Of a DNA stretch of 55,411 nt, positions 9,301-18,266 are shown piece after piece. The position numbers were made by a program, and so were the translations under genes. Origin of the DNA: Crenarchaeota archaeon 13_1_40CM_3_52_10 (lineage in GTDB: Archaea > Thermoproteota > Bathyarchaeia > 40CM-2-53-6); NCBI GenBank assembly GCA_001918765.1, contig MNGO01000004.1:1-55411 (forward strand). Reading direction: 5' to 3'. The notes under the pieces were generated by a model. That model was not told the origin of the DNA and did no database searches. It was given only the letters and a program-made list of their open reading frames with translations. Positions within the stretch are counted from its first letter, which is position 1; each line of letters begins with the position of its first letter.

Positions 9301-9846
9301 ATGGCGAAGGTAAACCCGGCGCGAGTTGCACATCCCAGATCATTGCTAGCGGGTGGTCTCGGAGTGTTCTCCAGCCTTGTCGCCATCGGTTGGGCACTGT
9401 TCGGTTACAATCTGCCGGCCACTGCCAATCTCGCTTCGAGTCAGCCGGACAACTTGATGCTCGCCCAGTTTGGCGTCGCGTTCGTCGTGTTGATTGGAAG
9501 CGGTCTAATGCTGGCTCGATACACTCGGCTGGGCGGCGCGGTCAACATTCTCGGGGGCATGGTGACTTTTGGCATCGGTGTTCTCTACGCTAGAAGCTTG
9601 GAACAATCGGCAAGGGCTGCGAGTCTGCCGGGCGTCGCCGTCCACTTCTCTCAATTCTACACCGCCCCCCTAGTCATACCTGTTGACCGTCTCGTGGCCA
9701 CGCTCCTCGTTGTCCCCGTCTTCCCGATAGCGACCCTCCTCGTTATCAGTGGGCTGGGATCGCTCGCAACCTACCGCATGCACCGTCCCCACCCGATTGC
9801 CCTTCCTGCGCAACAACAAGTCTCTGTTCAGACAACAAATAAGTAG
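9301..9846 (+). CDS. Integral membrane protein (hypothetical)
   Basis: 181 aa with about 5 hydrophobic segments. No family recognised. Confidence 0.4.
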   Translation: MAKVNPARVAHPRSLLAGGLGVFSSLVAIGWALFGYNLPATANLASSQPDNLMLAQFGVAFVVLIGSGLMLARYTRLGGAVNILGGMVTFGIGVLYARSLEQSARAASLPGVAVHFSQFYTAPLVIPVDRLVATLLVVPVFPIATLLVISGLGSLATYRMHRPHPIALPAQQQVSVQTTNK

Positions 9847-9876
9847 AAACTAATCCTACACTCGTCCAGATCTGTA

Positions 9877-10335
9877 ATGTCGAAACGCAAGAACGACGCA
9901 CTCATCCAGGAAGCCTCTAGAGTCTTAGAGAACTCACCTGCTGATCCCTCGATTGCCAACAATCACTTCCGATCTAAGCTATCGTTCGAAACCGACCCGT
10001 CGGACGTCTACCACGACACAACAAACAAAGTCTCTGGAGTAGTAGTGGTCGACGCGAGAACTCCAGACGCCTACGCCCGAGGACACGTTCCGGGGGCCAT
10101 CAATATGCCTCACAGAGCAATCGATTCTTTCACGACCGCTTCTCTGCCCCGAGACAAGGTCTATGTGACATACTGTGACGGCGTGTTCTGCAACGCCTCA
10201 ACCAAAGCGGCCGCGAAGCTTACTGCTCTTGGCTTCAAGGTCAAGGAGATGCTTGACGGAATGGAGGGCTGGAGTAAGGAAGGATATCCGGTCGAAGAGA
10301 CGGTCATGAAGATGACCATTCCCGCGCCCCAATGA
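9877..10335 (+). CDS. Rhodanese-domain sulfurtransferase
   Basis: 152 aa. VVVDARTPDAYARGHVPGAINMP and Cys loop YCDGVFCNAS. Confidence 0.8.
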   Translation: MSKRKNDALIQEASRVLENSPADPSIANNHFRSKLSFETDPSDVYHDTTNKVSGVVVVDARTPDAYARGHVPGAINMPHRAIDSFTTASLPRDKVYVTYCDGVFCNASTKAAAKLTALGFKVKEMLDGMEGWSKEGYPVEETVMKMTIPAPQ

Positions 10336-10419
10336 ATCTCATCTATCCAAGCCACGAACCCCTGTCTGACAAGCGCCGAGCATAACACAGAAAAGCAGCC
10401 GGGTTCGGTTCCGACCGTA

Positions 10420-10562
10420 GGGGCCGTCGTCTAGCTTGGTCAAGGGGATTGACCCCGCCCAGAGGATACCAGAGTCCAATCTTGGACGGTGACCCTGGGG
10501 CGCTGGCGACCCCGAGAAATCGGGGCCAGAGGTCGTGGGTTCAAATCCCACCGGCCCCACCA
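10420..10562 (+). tRNA. Intron-containing tRNA gene; isotype unresolved (best manual model Trp-CCA with two non-canonical introns)
   Basis: Acceptor GGGGCCG (10420-10426) pairs with CGGCCCC (10552-10558). D arm GTCT-AGCTTGGTCA (10429-10442). T arm GTGGG-TTCAAAT-CCCAC (10535-10551). Discriminator A at 10559 and encoded CCA at 10560-10562. The gene is 143 nt against about 75 nt for a mature tRNA. Confidence 0.85.
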
Positions 10563-10800
10563 CAACTTGGGTATACATCGGGCAAATTCATATCTAGGCA
10601 ATGCTCTAGAGAAATCGAGGCTTGACCGAGATCAGAAGATCTCGGCGAATTGTCGGCTCCAGGCCAAATCCTCTCGAGGCCTTCTTCAACAACATTCCCT
10701 TAGGACCGACGATGTGGCAGAGAGTGGCTTCGACGACCATTCTCGGATTACTCTTTAGACTTGGACAATACTGTGATTGTCGGCTTTTCTCTTCCTTCTA

Positions 10801-11301
10801 CTAGAAGTCTCTGGATTGTCGGACGACGAAGATGCTGAACAGTACCCAGAGGGTCGCTACCAAGCCTCCCACAAGCGTCTGTCCAATAGTGAATAGGATC
10901 AATGCGGGCTCTGAGGCTGGGAGCATGAGCCCGAGCACGAAAAGAGTGTCTCCCTTTTTCATGTTCGACCGCTTCCTCGCGATACTCATCTTGGACGCGC
11001 CTACTATTCCATAATAGCACAACCCAGAGAAGACGAAGGAGAAGATAGTGGAAACTACGACACTCAAGGTGATTTGATAGAGAATTGCATCTATCGAACC
11101 CCGCTGGAATCTTGGGATGAAGAAGAATAGCAGAAATGTGAAAACAGCCTTGGTTGAGCCTATCAGTGAAGTTGCTCGGTTCAGGTTGGAGGCGACAAGT
11201 TCACGATCAAGTACGGGTCCCAGTTTCATTTTCGGACATTGGAACGCTCGAATGACACAATGTGATCGTGTATAAATGCCCAATACTCTTTGTTCGCGCA
11301 A
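10801..11301 (-). CDS. Integral membrane protein (hypothetical)
   Basis: 166 aa, four hydrophobic segments. The internal MKLGPVLD may be the true start. Confidence 0.35.
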   Translation of the reverse strand: MREQRVLGIYTRSHCVIRAFQCPKMKLGPVLDRELVASNLNRATSLIGSTKAVFTFLLFFFIPRFQRGSIDAILYQITLSVVVSTIFSFVFSGLCYYGIVGASKMSIARKRSNMKKGDTLFVLGLMLPASEPALILFTIGQTLVGGLVATLWVLFSIFVVRQSRDF

Positions 11302-11542
11302 CTAGCGATCTCTGTTCGAGACTGTGATCCACGTCCCGCCACCGAACTCCTTCTCGTCGAACACTTTGAATCGCGTTGGAGTAAACCTGGTAAATCTCAA
11401 CGGGCTTGGCTTTTGCCTCGGCCAGGGCCCCTGTTGTCGATAGAGTACAGGAATTAAATGGGACACTTGGAATCGCTTGGTCTTGTCAAGCAGAGGGTCA
11501 AGTTCGGAAAGCCTTGCTTGGAATCATCTAGTCGGGTTGCCC

Positions 11543-11550
11543 TTTTATAA
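11543..11550 (+). promoter_or_regulatory. TATA-like box upstream of the ABC permease gene
   Basis: ttttataa lies 48 nt upstream of the TTG start at 11598. It is preceded by three TTGRAATC copies (tttgaatcgcg, cttggaatcgc, cttggaatcat) within about 150 bp. Confidence 0.3.
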
Positions 11551-11597
11551 CGAGACGCAATCGTGCGCTTTTCTAATCATACGGGATTGAACTCATC

Positions 11598-13430
11598 TTG
11601 CATGTGCCAAGGCCGAGCCTTAGAAGACGAGTTGCCTCATCCTCGGCCGGAAAAACAGCCTCGTCCTTTACTAGGATTCTTCTAGTTGCGATAGCGATTG
11701 GGGCAGTCGGCCTACTAGTTATTGAGATACTTGTTAACGGCGCGGCCAATTCGATTCTTTCTAATGATCTGACACCTAGCGTTCCCTACTTTGCGCTCCG
11801 AACCCTGACACGGATGACTATTGCCTACGCGTTCGCGCTGGCATTTGCACTGGCTTACGGAATTGCGACGGCTATGAACCATCGCGCTTCCCACGTGCTA
11901 CTTCCATTACTAGACATATTCCAATCGGTCCCTGTCCTCGGAGTCCTGCCTGTGGTCTTCCTCTTGATCCTAGGAACCGGAGCTAGTGCTCCCGAGTTCA
12001 ACCAGGAAGTCGCGTCTATCATACTAATCTTTACAGCGATGGCTTGGGCGCCTACGTTCGGAGTCATCGCGGGAATAAACGCTATTCCGACTGACATAAA
12101 GGAAGCAGCCCACGCTTATGGAATGCACGGAGCTCGGTATCTTCGCCAGATCGTTCTTCCGGCGGTGTTCCCGGAGCTAGTCTGGAGCAGTTTACTCGCA
12201 TGGGGTGGAGGATGGTACTTGATCCCTATCGAAGAGCATGTCTCCTTCGGCCCCACCCAACACGTGGATCTGCCAGGCATAGGGAAGTATATCGCCGTAG
12301 CGGCGACACGAGCTGATCTGGGCTCAGCGCTCTTTGGCCTCATTGTGTTGGTCGGAATCATCTTCGCGATTGACCGACTGGTCTGGAAGCCTCTCGGGAC
12401 TAGAGCCGAGAAATACAAGTACGAGACTATAGCCGCGCCGAGAACCACGGCAACGAGACAGAGCGCTGTAGGAGTGGAAGTGAGGAAATACGAGGACCGT
12501 CTCGTCTCGCCAGTACTCTCGTTTTTCAAGTCCGAAAGATCCTATGCGGCAAGAGTTCTGGAACTGACCCGCTGGCGACGAATACGCCACATAACGGAGA
12601 AGTTGAGATTTCCGCAGCGAATCAGCAGAATACCATTGTGGGGAAGATTGCTCAGCTATGCGATATTCATCGGACTCGTTCTTCTCGGCCTCATCGTCAC
12701 AATCATGTCACGATCCCAATCCATCGCAATCGGAATTTCCCTGCTCGCCACCGACGTAACAGCCTTCGAACTAGCCGCTCTCACTCTACTATCACTCTCT
12801 AGACTGCTCATGGCATATGCTATTGCCCTCTCATGGACTCTCGGGGCAGGCATACTCATAGCAAGAAGCCAAAGACTGTCCAGGCTTCTCGTGCCAATAT
12901 TTGACATTGGACAATCTATCCCAGCGACAGCCCTGTTTCCCATCGTCGTGATACTACTCGTCGACCCGTTCAGGAACTCCCCCTTACTCGGGTTCACGCT
13001 CAACCTAGCGTCGGTGCTCTTGATACTAACGGGGATGCAATGGTATCTCCTGTTCAATATCGTCGGGGCGGTGAATAGCGTCCCGAACGACTTGCTGGAA
13101 GCGACCGCGGCTTACAGGATTCGCGGACGGCGTTTTGTCAGAGAGATTCTTATCCCCGCTTCTTTTCCCGCAATCCTCATTGGAAGCATACAAGCTTGGG
13201 GTGGCGGCTGGAACGCGCTTATAGTCTCCGAATACATCGGACCCAACGCAAACGTCCCTGGGCTAGGCTCATTTCTAGTTCAAGCAACGTTACCATCAAA
13301 GAACCAGCTCCTAGCCCCCCTTGAGATCTATGCGTCACTTCTTGTCATGACTGCGACCGTCCTGGTCATCAACCGGCTTGTCTGGAGGCGTCTGCTGCGG
13401 AAGGCCGACAGGTACAAGTTCGAGGCATAG
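11598..13430 (+). CDS. ABC transporter permease, NitT/TauT (nitrate/sulfonate/bicarbonate) type, tandem-duplicated
   Basis: 610 aa. Two homologous halves, each with an EAA-type loop (EAAHAYGMHGARYLRQIVLP / EATAAYRIRGRRFVREILIP) and an AWGGGW motif. Confidence 0.8.
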   Translation: MHVPRPSLRRRVASSSAGKTASSFTRILLVAIAIGAVGLLVIEILVNGAANSILSNDLTPSVPYFALRTLTRMTIAYAFALAFALAYGIATAMNHRASHVLLPLLDIFQSVPVLGVLPVVFLLILGTGASAPEFNQEVASIILIFTAMAWAPTFGVIAGINAIPTDIKEAAHAYGMHGARYLRQIVLPAVFPELVWSSLLAWGGGWYLIPIEEHVSFGPTQHVDLPGIGKYIAVAATRADLGSALFGLIVLVGIIFAIDRLVWKPLGTRAEKYKYETIAAPRTTATRQSAVGVEVRKYEDRLVSPVLSFFKSERSYAARVLELTRWRRIRHITEKLRFPQRISRIPLWGRLLSYAIFIGLVLLGLIVTIMSRSQSIAIGISLLATDVTAFELAALTLLSLSRLLMAYAIALSWTLGAGILIARSQRLSRLLVPIFDIGQSIPATALFPIVVILLVDPFRNSPLLGFTLNLASVLLILTGMQWYLLFNIVGAVNSVPNDLLEATAAYRIRGRRFVREILIPASFPAILIGSIQAWGGGWNALIVSEYIGPNANVPGLGSFLVQATLPSKNQLLAPLEIYASLLVMTATVLVINRLVWRRLLRKADRYKFEA

Positions 13431-13435
13431 TCTAG

Positions 13436-14197
13436 TTGAGCCAACCCTCCGAGCCCATTCTCCAAATCAAGGACGTAGCCAAGATCTACCCTGGTGAAGG
13501 CAAAAGCACAACGGTTCTCGACCACATTTCATTCGACGTCTACAAAGAGTTCCTCTGTATTGTCGGGCCTTCAGGCTGTGGAAAGAGCACGCTGCTGCGG
13601 ATTATCGATGGACTTGACAAACCGACTAGCGGTCAGGTGCTGTTTCATGGCCAGCCGATTACGAGTCCGAGCCCGAAGGTCGGTGTGATCTTCCAGACCT
13701 TCGCACTAATTCCATGGAAAACTGTGCTTGGGAACGTGCAGATGGCAATATCCTCAACGCCAATTGCCAAGGAGGAACAGTTGAAGATCGCGCAAAAGTA
13801 CATCCAGGATGTTGGCTTGGAAGGGTTCGAGTCTTCCTATCCTAAGGAGCTCTCCGGTGGGATGAAGCAGCGGGTTGGAATAGCCCGTGCTCTCGCGCTC
13901 CAGCCTGAAGTGCTGCTGATGGATGAACCATTTTCAAGCCTTGATGCGTTGACAGCGGAGAACCTCCGACGTGAGGTCTTGGATATTTGGAGAGACCCTG
14001 CATACCCCACCGGTTCGGTGATTATGGTTACACATAATGTTCAGGAGGCTGTAGAGATGGCTGATAGGGTGGTCGTTTTGAGCGCAAGGCCGGCGAAGAT
14101 AGTTGATGATGTCAAGATCGATCTCGAACGGCCTAGAAGCCCGAGGGACCCCGTACTGTACGACCTAGCGGACCGAATAATCTCGAAAATAAGCTAG
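13436..14197 (+). CDS. ABC transporter ATP-binding protein (NitT/TauT type)
   Basis: 253 aa. Walker A GPSGCGKST, signature LSGGMKQR, Walker B LLMDEPFS. Confidence 0.9.
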   Translation: MSQPSEPILQIKDVAKIYPGEGKSTTVLDHISFDVYKEFLCIVGPSGCGKSTLLRIIDGLDKPTSGQVLFHGQPITSPSPKVGVIFQTFALIPWKTVLGNVQMAISSTPIAKEEQLKIAQKYIQDVGLEGFESSYPKELSGGMKQRVGIARALALQPEVLLMDEPFSSLDALTAENLRREVLDIWRDPAYPTGSVIMVTHNVQEAVEMADRVVVLSARPAKIVDDVKIDLERPRSPRDPVLYDLADRIISKIS

Positions 14198-14664
14198 TGA
14201 ACGTGAGTTTTGGGAAGAAGACGTTCGGATTGCCCATCGTAACCGAACAGGCCTGTGAAGACTCCCCAGCTGATAATTATGCTGATCAGTGTTGGGATGT
14301 CGAGAGTAGGGCCGTACTTGGAGCTGATAAATCGCGCGAGAGTGAAGCGCGTGACTTGCCCTTGTTGATTGAGTAGTTTTGCAATGTCAGAGAAGGGCTC
14401 AAGAGTTTCCAGCCGTTGGTGGACGAGTTTTTTCCGTTCTGCTATCTTGCTGCTGTGGGCTTTGTTGCCGAGTTCTGTGAGGGAGATCTCTCCCTCCTTG
14501 ACGGCCACGAGACCGAGGTATTCCGCTGTATCGATTATCGGCAGCAACTCGTCGAGGTCGATGCGGAGATCGATGGTCAGGGTGGCAATGTCCGCTTTTC
14601 CATTGTACGCCTTCAAGAGATCAAGTAAACCGAAGACGCGGTTTACGCCGGCGGTAGGGAGCAT
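14194..14664 (-). CDS. Stand-alone AAA-associated (NitT/TauT ATPase C-terminal-like) domain protein
   Basis: 156 aa. LPTAGVNRVFGLLDLL...DELLPIIDTAEYLGLVAVKEGEISLTELG resembles, from memory, the domain usually fused to the C-terminus of NitT/TauT ATPases. Confidence 0.5.
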   Translation of the reverse strand: MLPTAGVNRVFGLLDLLKAYNGKADIATLTIDLRIDLDELLPIIDTAEYLGLVAVKEGEISLTELGNKAHSSKIAERKKLVHQRLETLEPFSDIAKLLNQQGQVTRFTLARFISSKYGPTLDIPTLISIIISWGVFTGLFGYDGQSERLLPKTHVH

Positions 14665-14736
14665 TTCTCGTTACAGGATTCGCTTGAACCTGATAGGGGT
14701 TAAAGAACTTTGGATGGGCGATAGATTGTTTGCTGA

Positions 14737-15624
14737 TCAGCTGAGAAGTTTCGACAAGGTTTTGATCGCGTCCATCTGGTTTGGCACACTTGCCTTTCCA
14801 TCTGGACTTGGCACAGCAACCACGTAGGAAACTCCTAGCTCCTCAAGACGTGAGAGTATCTGTTTGTTCTGAGCCATATTTCCGGCGAGCATAATTCTCC
14901 TCTCTCCTTGCGGCGACTTGTACTCTGACTGCTCGGCCCTCGGATCTATGCCGATTCGGACGCATATCCCTTTGGTCTTCGCTTCTGGGGAGCTTTCTCT
15001 AAAGTCCGCGACAAGTTTTGCGAATTGGTCGAGCGGTTGGAGGTTCGGATGCCACGCATCACCGAGAGTTGCGGCCCGTTTCATGGCAGCTTTGCTTGTT
15101 CCACCAATCCAGATCGCTAGATGCCTCTGAACTGGGCGCGGTTCGAAGACGGCATCGGAAAATTCCAAGCTGAGAACACGGCTCTTGAAACTCGTCTCTC
15201 CTCTCCAAAGCGCTCTTATCAATCGAATAGACGCGTCCACCCTCTTGCCTCTGCTGTGGAAGTTTGAGCCCAGATGGGCGAACTCTTTCTCGTTCCAGCC
15301 GACACCAATGGCCAGCATGAGTCTTCCCCCGCTAAGGTTGTCGAGTGTAACGAGCTGTCTTGCGACGACAACAGGATTTCGCATCGCGATGATTAGTGAG
15401 GATATTCCTAGCTTTACCCGTTTGTTAATTCCCGCAAGGTAGGCGAGTGTCGTGATGCTGTCGAAGATTCGCTCATAGGGAGTTCCACTGTTTTTAGGCA
15501 TTAGTATGTGGTCGGTGGTCCAAAGGGAATCACAGCCTGCCTGTTCGGCCTCCAAGGCTACGTTACGAAGCGCCTCGGTTGACGAGGATTCTCCGTAGTT
15601 CGGGACACATACTCCGAATTTCAT
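14737..15624 (-). CDS. Luciferase-like (LLM class, probably F420-dependent) oxidoreductase
   Basis: Family-typical N-terminus MKFGVCVPNYG at ATG 15624. The track ORF extends to 15969 but that extra 115 aa is low-complexity and overlaps the divergent ABC gene. Confidence 0.8.
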   Translation of the reverse strand: MKFGVCVPNYGESSSTEALRNVALEAEQAGCDSLWTTDHILMPKNSGTPYERIFDSITTLAYLAGINKRVKLGISSLIIAMRNPVVVARQLVTLDNLSGGRLMLAIGVGWNEKEFAHLGSNFHSRGKRVDASIRLIRALWRGETSFKSRVLSLEFSDAVFEPRPVQRHLAIWIGGTSKAAMKRAATLGDAWHPNLQPLDQFAKLVADFRESSPEAKTKGICVRIGIDPRAEQSEYKSPQGERRIMLAGNMAQNKQILSRLEELGVSYVVAVPSPDGKASVPNQMDAIKTLSKLLS

Positions 15625-15751
15625 ACCGCGGTCATTGCGCCTCTTGTTGATATCATTCTTCTGATTTCGCGAGGATGGACCCACTCTTGACATTTTTCGC
15701 CTCGGTTCAACATTTTTATCGCCCATCTCCGGGAACAGACGTTTCCCAAGC

Positions 15752-16696
15752 TTGTTTGCAGTGGAAACGCTAGATCTCTCGAAGAGGTATGGGAAAACTG
15801 ACGCTCTCCGTGGCTTGAACTTCACGGTCAACGAGGGCGAGATAATGGTAATTCTAGGCCCAAACGGGTCCGGCAAGACAACACTTCTGATGATCCTTTG
15901 CACGATCCTGAAGCCAACATCCGGAACGGCAAAAGTTGTTGGGATTGATGTTGTGGAGGAGGGGACCAAGGTCCGAGAGGTTATGGGAATAGCGTTTCAG
16001 GAGGCGAGGGGTTTCTGGCGTCACAAGCCCTCGTCGATCCTGAGGTTCCACGCTTCTATGTTCGACATAGACCCCGCAAAACGGCAGGATCTGATTGAGC
16101 GCACGATGAAGGATTTGGAGCTGTGGGAGTCACGCGACAAGATGTTCATGCACCTGTCGGGTGGTCAGGCGAAACGACTAGAGACAGCCAAGGTTCTCAT
16201 TCAGCAGCCTAAGCTGGCGATTTTCGACGAACCCACGAGCCAGGTGGATCTGCGGGGGAAGAGGAAGATCTGGGACAAGATCCGAGAGCTGCGGGACCAA
16301 GGGTCCACGATCATAGTTGCGACGAACGAGGTTCGGGAGGCTGAGTACCTTGCTGACCGGGTCACGATCCTGCACCAGGGACAAAGGGTTGTTTGTGACA
16401 CTATTCCAAAGCTGAAAGACGCGATTGCCGGGGGAGACATTGTCGAAGTGGACTTCGAGGACCCCGTATCCGGAAAACTAGTAGACGACCTCAACGGACT
16501 CGGGGGCGATGTCTCGTTGTCATCGGAAGGTAATCAACTGAGGGCGAAGGTTTCGAGAGCAGAAGACTGGGTTCCGAAAATGACCTCCGCCAGCTACATC
16601 GCGGGGGCAAAGATCGCGTCAATCAGGATTACCGAGCCTTCCCTTGACGACGTCTTCCTCCACTTCACAGGCAAGGCCTTAGTGGATCAACCATGA
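15752..16696 (+). CDS. ABC-2 type exporter ATP-binding protein
   Basis: 314 aa. Walker A GPNGSGKTT, signature LSGGQAKR, Walker B AIFDEPTS. Confidence 0.9.
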   Translation: MFAVETLDLSKRYGKTDALRGLNFTVNEGEIMVILGPNGSGKTTLLMILCTILKPTSGTAKVVGIDVVEEGTKVREVMGIAFQEARGFWRHKPSSILRFHASMFDIDPAKRQDLIERTMKDLELWESRDKMFMHLSGGQAKRLETAKVLIQQPKLAIFDEPTSQVDLRGKRKIWDKIRELRDQGSTIIVATNEVREAEYLADRVTILHQGQRVVCDTIPKLKDAIAGGDIVEVDFEDPVSGKLVDDLNGLGGDVSLSSEGNQLRAKVSRAEDWVPKMTSASYIAGAKIASIRITEPSLDDVFLHFTGKALVDQP

Positions 16697-17457
16697 ACCG
16701 CGTGTTGACTCTCGCCGCTTACAATGTCCGGATTCTCTTATCGGAGAGAACCTGGTTCGTCCTCGCATGGGCCCTGTTCGGACTACAGATAGCTGTCTAC
16801 GGGTCCCTTATGTCAAAGCTAGTTTCGACAACAGTCCCGAACTATCTGTTCTTCTACGGCGTGGGACTCATGGTTATCACAGTATTCGACTCTGGAGCTG
16901 ATGTAGGCCGACACTTCGTCGAACACGCGCACGAAGGAGAACTACCCTACTTCCTATCCTTACCAGTCTCCCGCGGAGGATTCCTAGCAGCGCAGGCCAT
17001 CTACGGAGTCGCGAATACGATGATCAAGGTTCTACCGCCCCTTATAGGAGTCCTCTGGTTTGTCGGAGACCTCACAGTTCAAGGCGCGGTCTTCGCGTTG
17101 ATATCGATGTTTCTACTTGGACTGGGAATCACGGGAATAATGGTGTCGATGTCGTTCATCGCCTTCAAGTCAGTGGACATATACAGCGCGTTCCTCGCCG
17201 GGCTATCCGCATTGATCGTCCGGTTCAGCACAGTATTCTACCCACTAATCTTCATGCCAAGTTTCTACTCACCAATATCCGTGTTCAGCCCTCTGACCTA
17301 CGGCGCGGATCTAACAAGATGGGTTTTGGGCTTCGACTCTAACTTCCTCATCAACCCGATCTTCGCAGCAGCCGTTGTCACAGGTGTCGCTGTCGGAACA
17401 CTCTCGTTGAGTGCGAGGATAGTCGACAAAGTCATCGAGGGCGTGAAAGCCGCTTGA
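16693..17457 (+). CDS. ABC-2 type transporter permease
   Basis: 254 aa, six hydrophobic segments. 4-nt overlap with the ATPase gene. Confidence 0.7.
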   Translation: MNRVLTLAAYNVRILLSERTWFVLAWALFGLQIAVYGSLMSKLVSTTVPNYLFFYGVGLMVITVFDSGADVGRHFVEHAHEGELPYFLSLPVSRGGFLAAQAIYGVANTMIKVLPPLIGVLWFVGDLTVQGAVFALISMFLLGLGITGIMVSMSFIAFKSVDIYSAFLAGLSALIVRFSTVFYPLIFMPSFYSPISVFSPLTYGADLTRWVLGFDSNFLINPIFAAAVVTGVAVGTLSLSARIVDKVIEGVKAA

Positions 17458-18266
17458 GCCAGCTCTCGCGACTTGTACGTATCGCGCGGACAGATTTCTC
17501 TTACTTCTTCCGGACCAAATGGCTGATGGCGGTATTGATCAGCCTCAGTCTCTCGGACATGTTAGTGGTTGGACTCGTATACGGTAGGCTGATTCCCAGC
17601 AAATTTGCTGGTCTTACCTATTTTCAGTTCCTTGTTCCAGGGATCGTCGTAGTCGGCCTGTTCTCCGCCGCCACGGATACGGGCCGACGAATCTGGCTCG
17701 CCCTCCGAGAGGGCGTCGTACAATACTACCTCACACTTCCAATCCGGACAGGAGGACTGGTTGGAGCATACATCATATCCGGAGGCCTCGGCGGAATAGT
17801 ATACTCCGGCGCTCTCCTAGCCATAGCGTATCTAGCACTCTCGTTCCTCGGAGCGAGCACCATACCCATCCAGGGAATCTTGTACGCTCTCGCGCTCGTT
17901 CCCTTCCTGTTCATCCTCGCTACAGGGATCGCGGGTCTTGCAGCCTTCTTCGCAAGCGTATCTCGAAGAGGAGAGATTTACTGGGTTTACGCGCAAGCAC
18001 TCCAAGTCTCAATGGTCACAATCAGCACGGTATTCTACCCCGCACAAACCATAGCCCAATATCTTCCAGCGCCTGTGGCAACGATAGCCGAATACAATCC
18101 TCTCAGCCTAGCCGCGGGAGCTCTTCGAACCTCAGCCTTTGCTGGAAACCCTCTGGACACAATCGTTCTGACGAACCTACTCGCCACCTCCCTTCCACTG
18201 GCGATGCTGGGAGCCTTTGCATACTGGATCATTCTCCGAACGATCAGGCTAAAGGGAAAACCGTGA
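17454..18266 (+). CDS. ABC-2 type transporter permease (second subunit)
   Basis: 270 aa polytopic protein. 4-nt overlaps on both sides. Confidence 0.7.
   Translation: MSQLSRLVRIARTDFSYFFRTKWLMAVLISLSLSDMLVVGLVYGRLIPSKFAGLTYFQFLVPGIVVVGLFSAATDTGRRIWLALREGVVQYYLTLPIRTGGLVGAYIISGGLGGIVYSGALLAIAYLALSFLGASTIPIQGILYALALVPFLFILATGIAGLAAFFASVSRRGEIYWVYAQALQVSMVTISTVFYPAQTIAQYLPAPVATIAEYNPLSLAAGALRTSAFAGNPLDTIVLTNLLATSLPLAMLGAFAYWIILRTIRLKGKP

Noticed and set aside
8853-9593. Overlapping 177-aa (minus) and 200-aa (plus) ORFs at the 3' end of the AsnB-like gene
   Set aside because: They are alternative-frame or antisense readings of supported genes with Arg/Ser/Pro-biased composition and no motifs.
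10626-10782. Perfect palindrome ccgagatc-agaa-gatctcgg (10626-10645) and 10-nt direct repeat attgtcggct (about 10648 and 10773) downstream of the tRNA
   Set aside because: I looked for an att-like duplication of the tRNA 3' end or an integrase that would indicate an integrated element and found neither. Short repeats alone are not sufficient evidence.
14194-14197. Convergent genes sharing overlapping stop codons in a palindromic CTAG (also at 46273-46276)
   Set aside because: The overlap is real, but it is a trivial consequence of TAG stops on both strands and has no functional implication I can support.
14737-15969. 410-aa track ORF extending the LLM oxidoreductase 345 nt upstream
   Set aside because: The extra 115 aa are low-complexity and overlap the divergent ABC ATPase gene on the other strand. 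The family-typical N-terminus MKFGV starts at ATG 15624.
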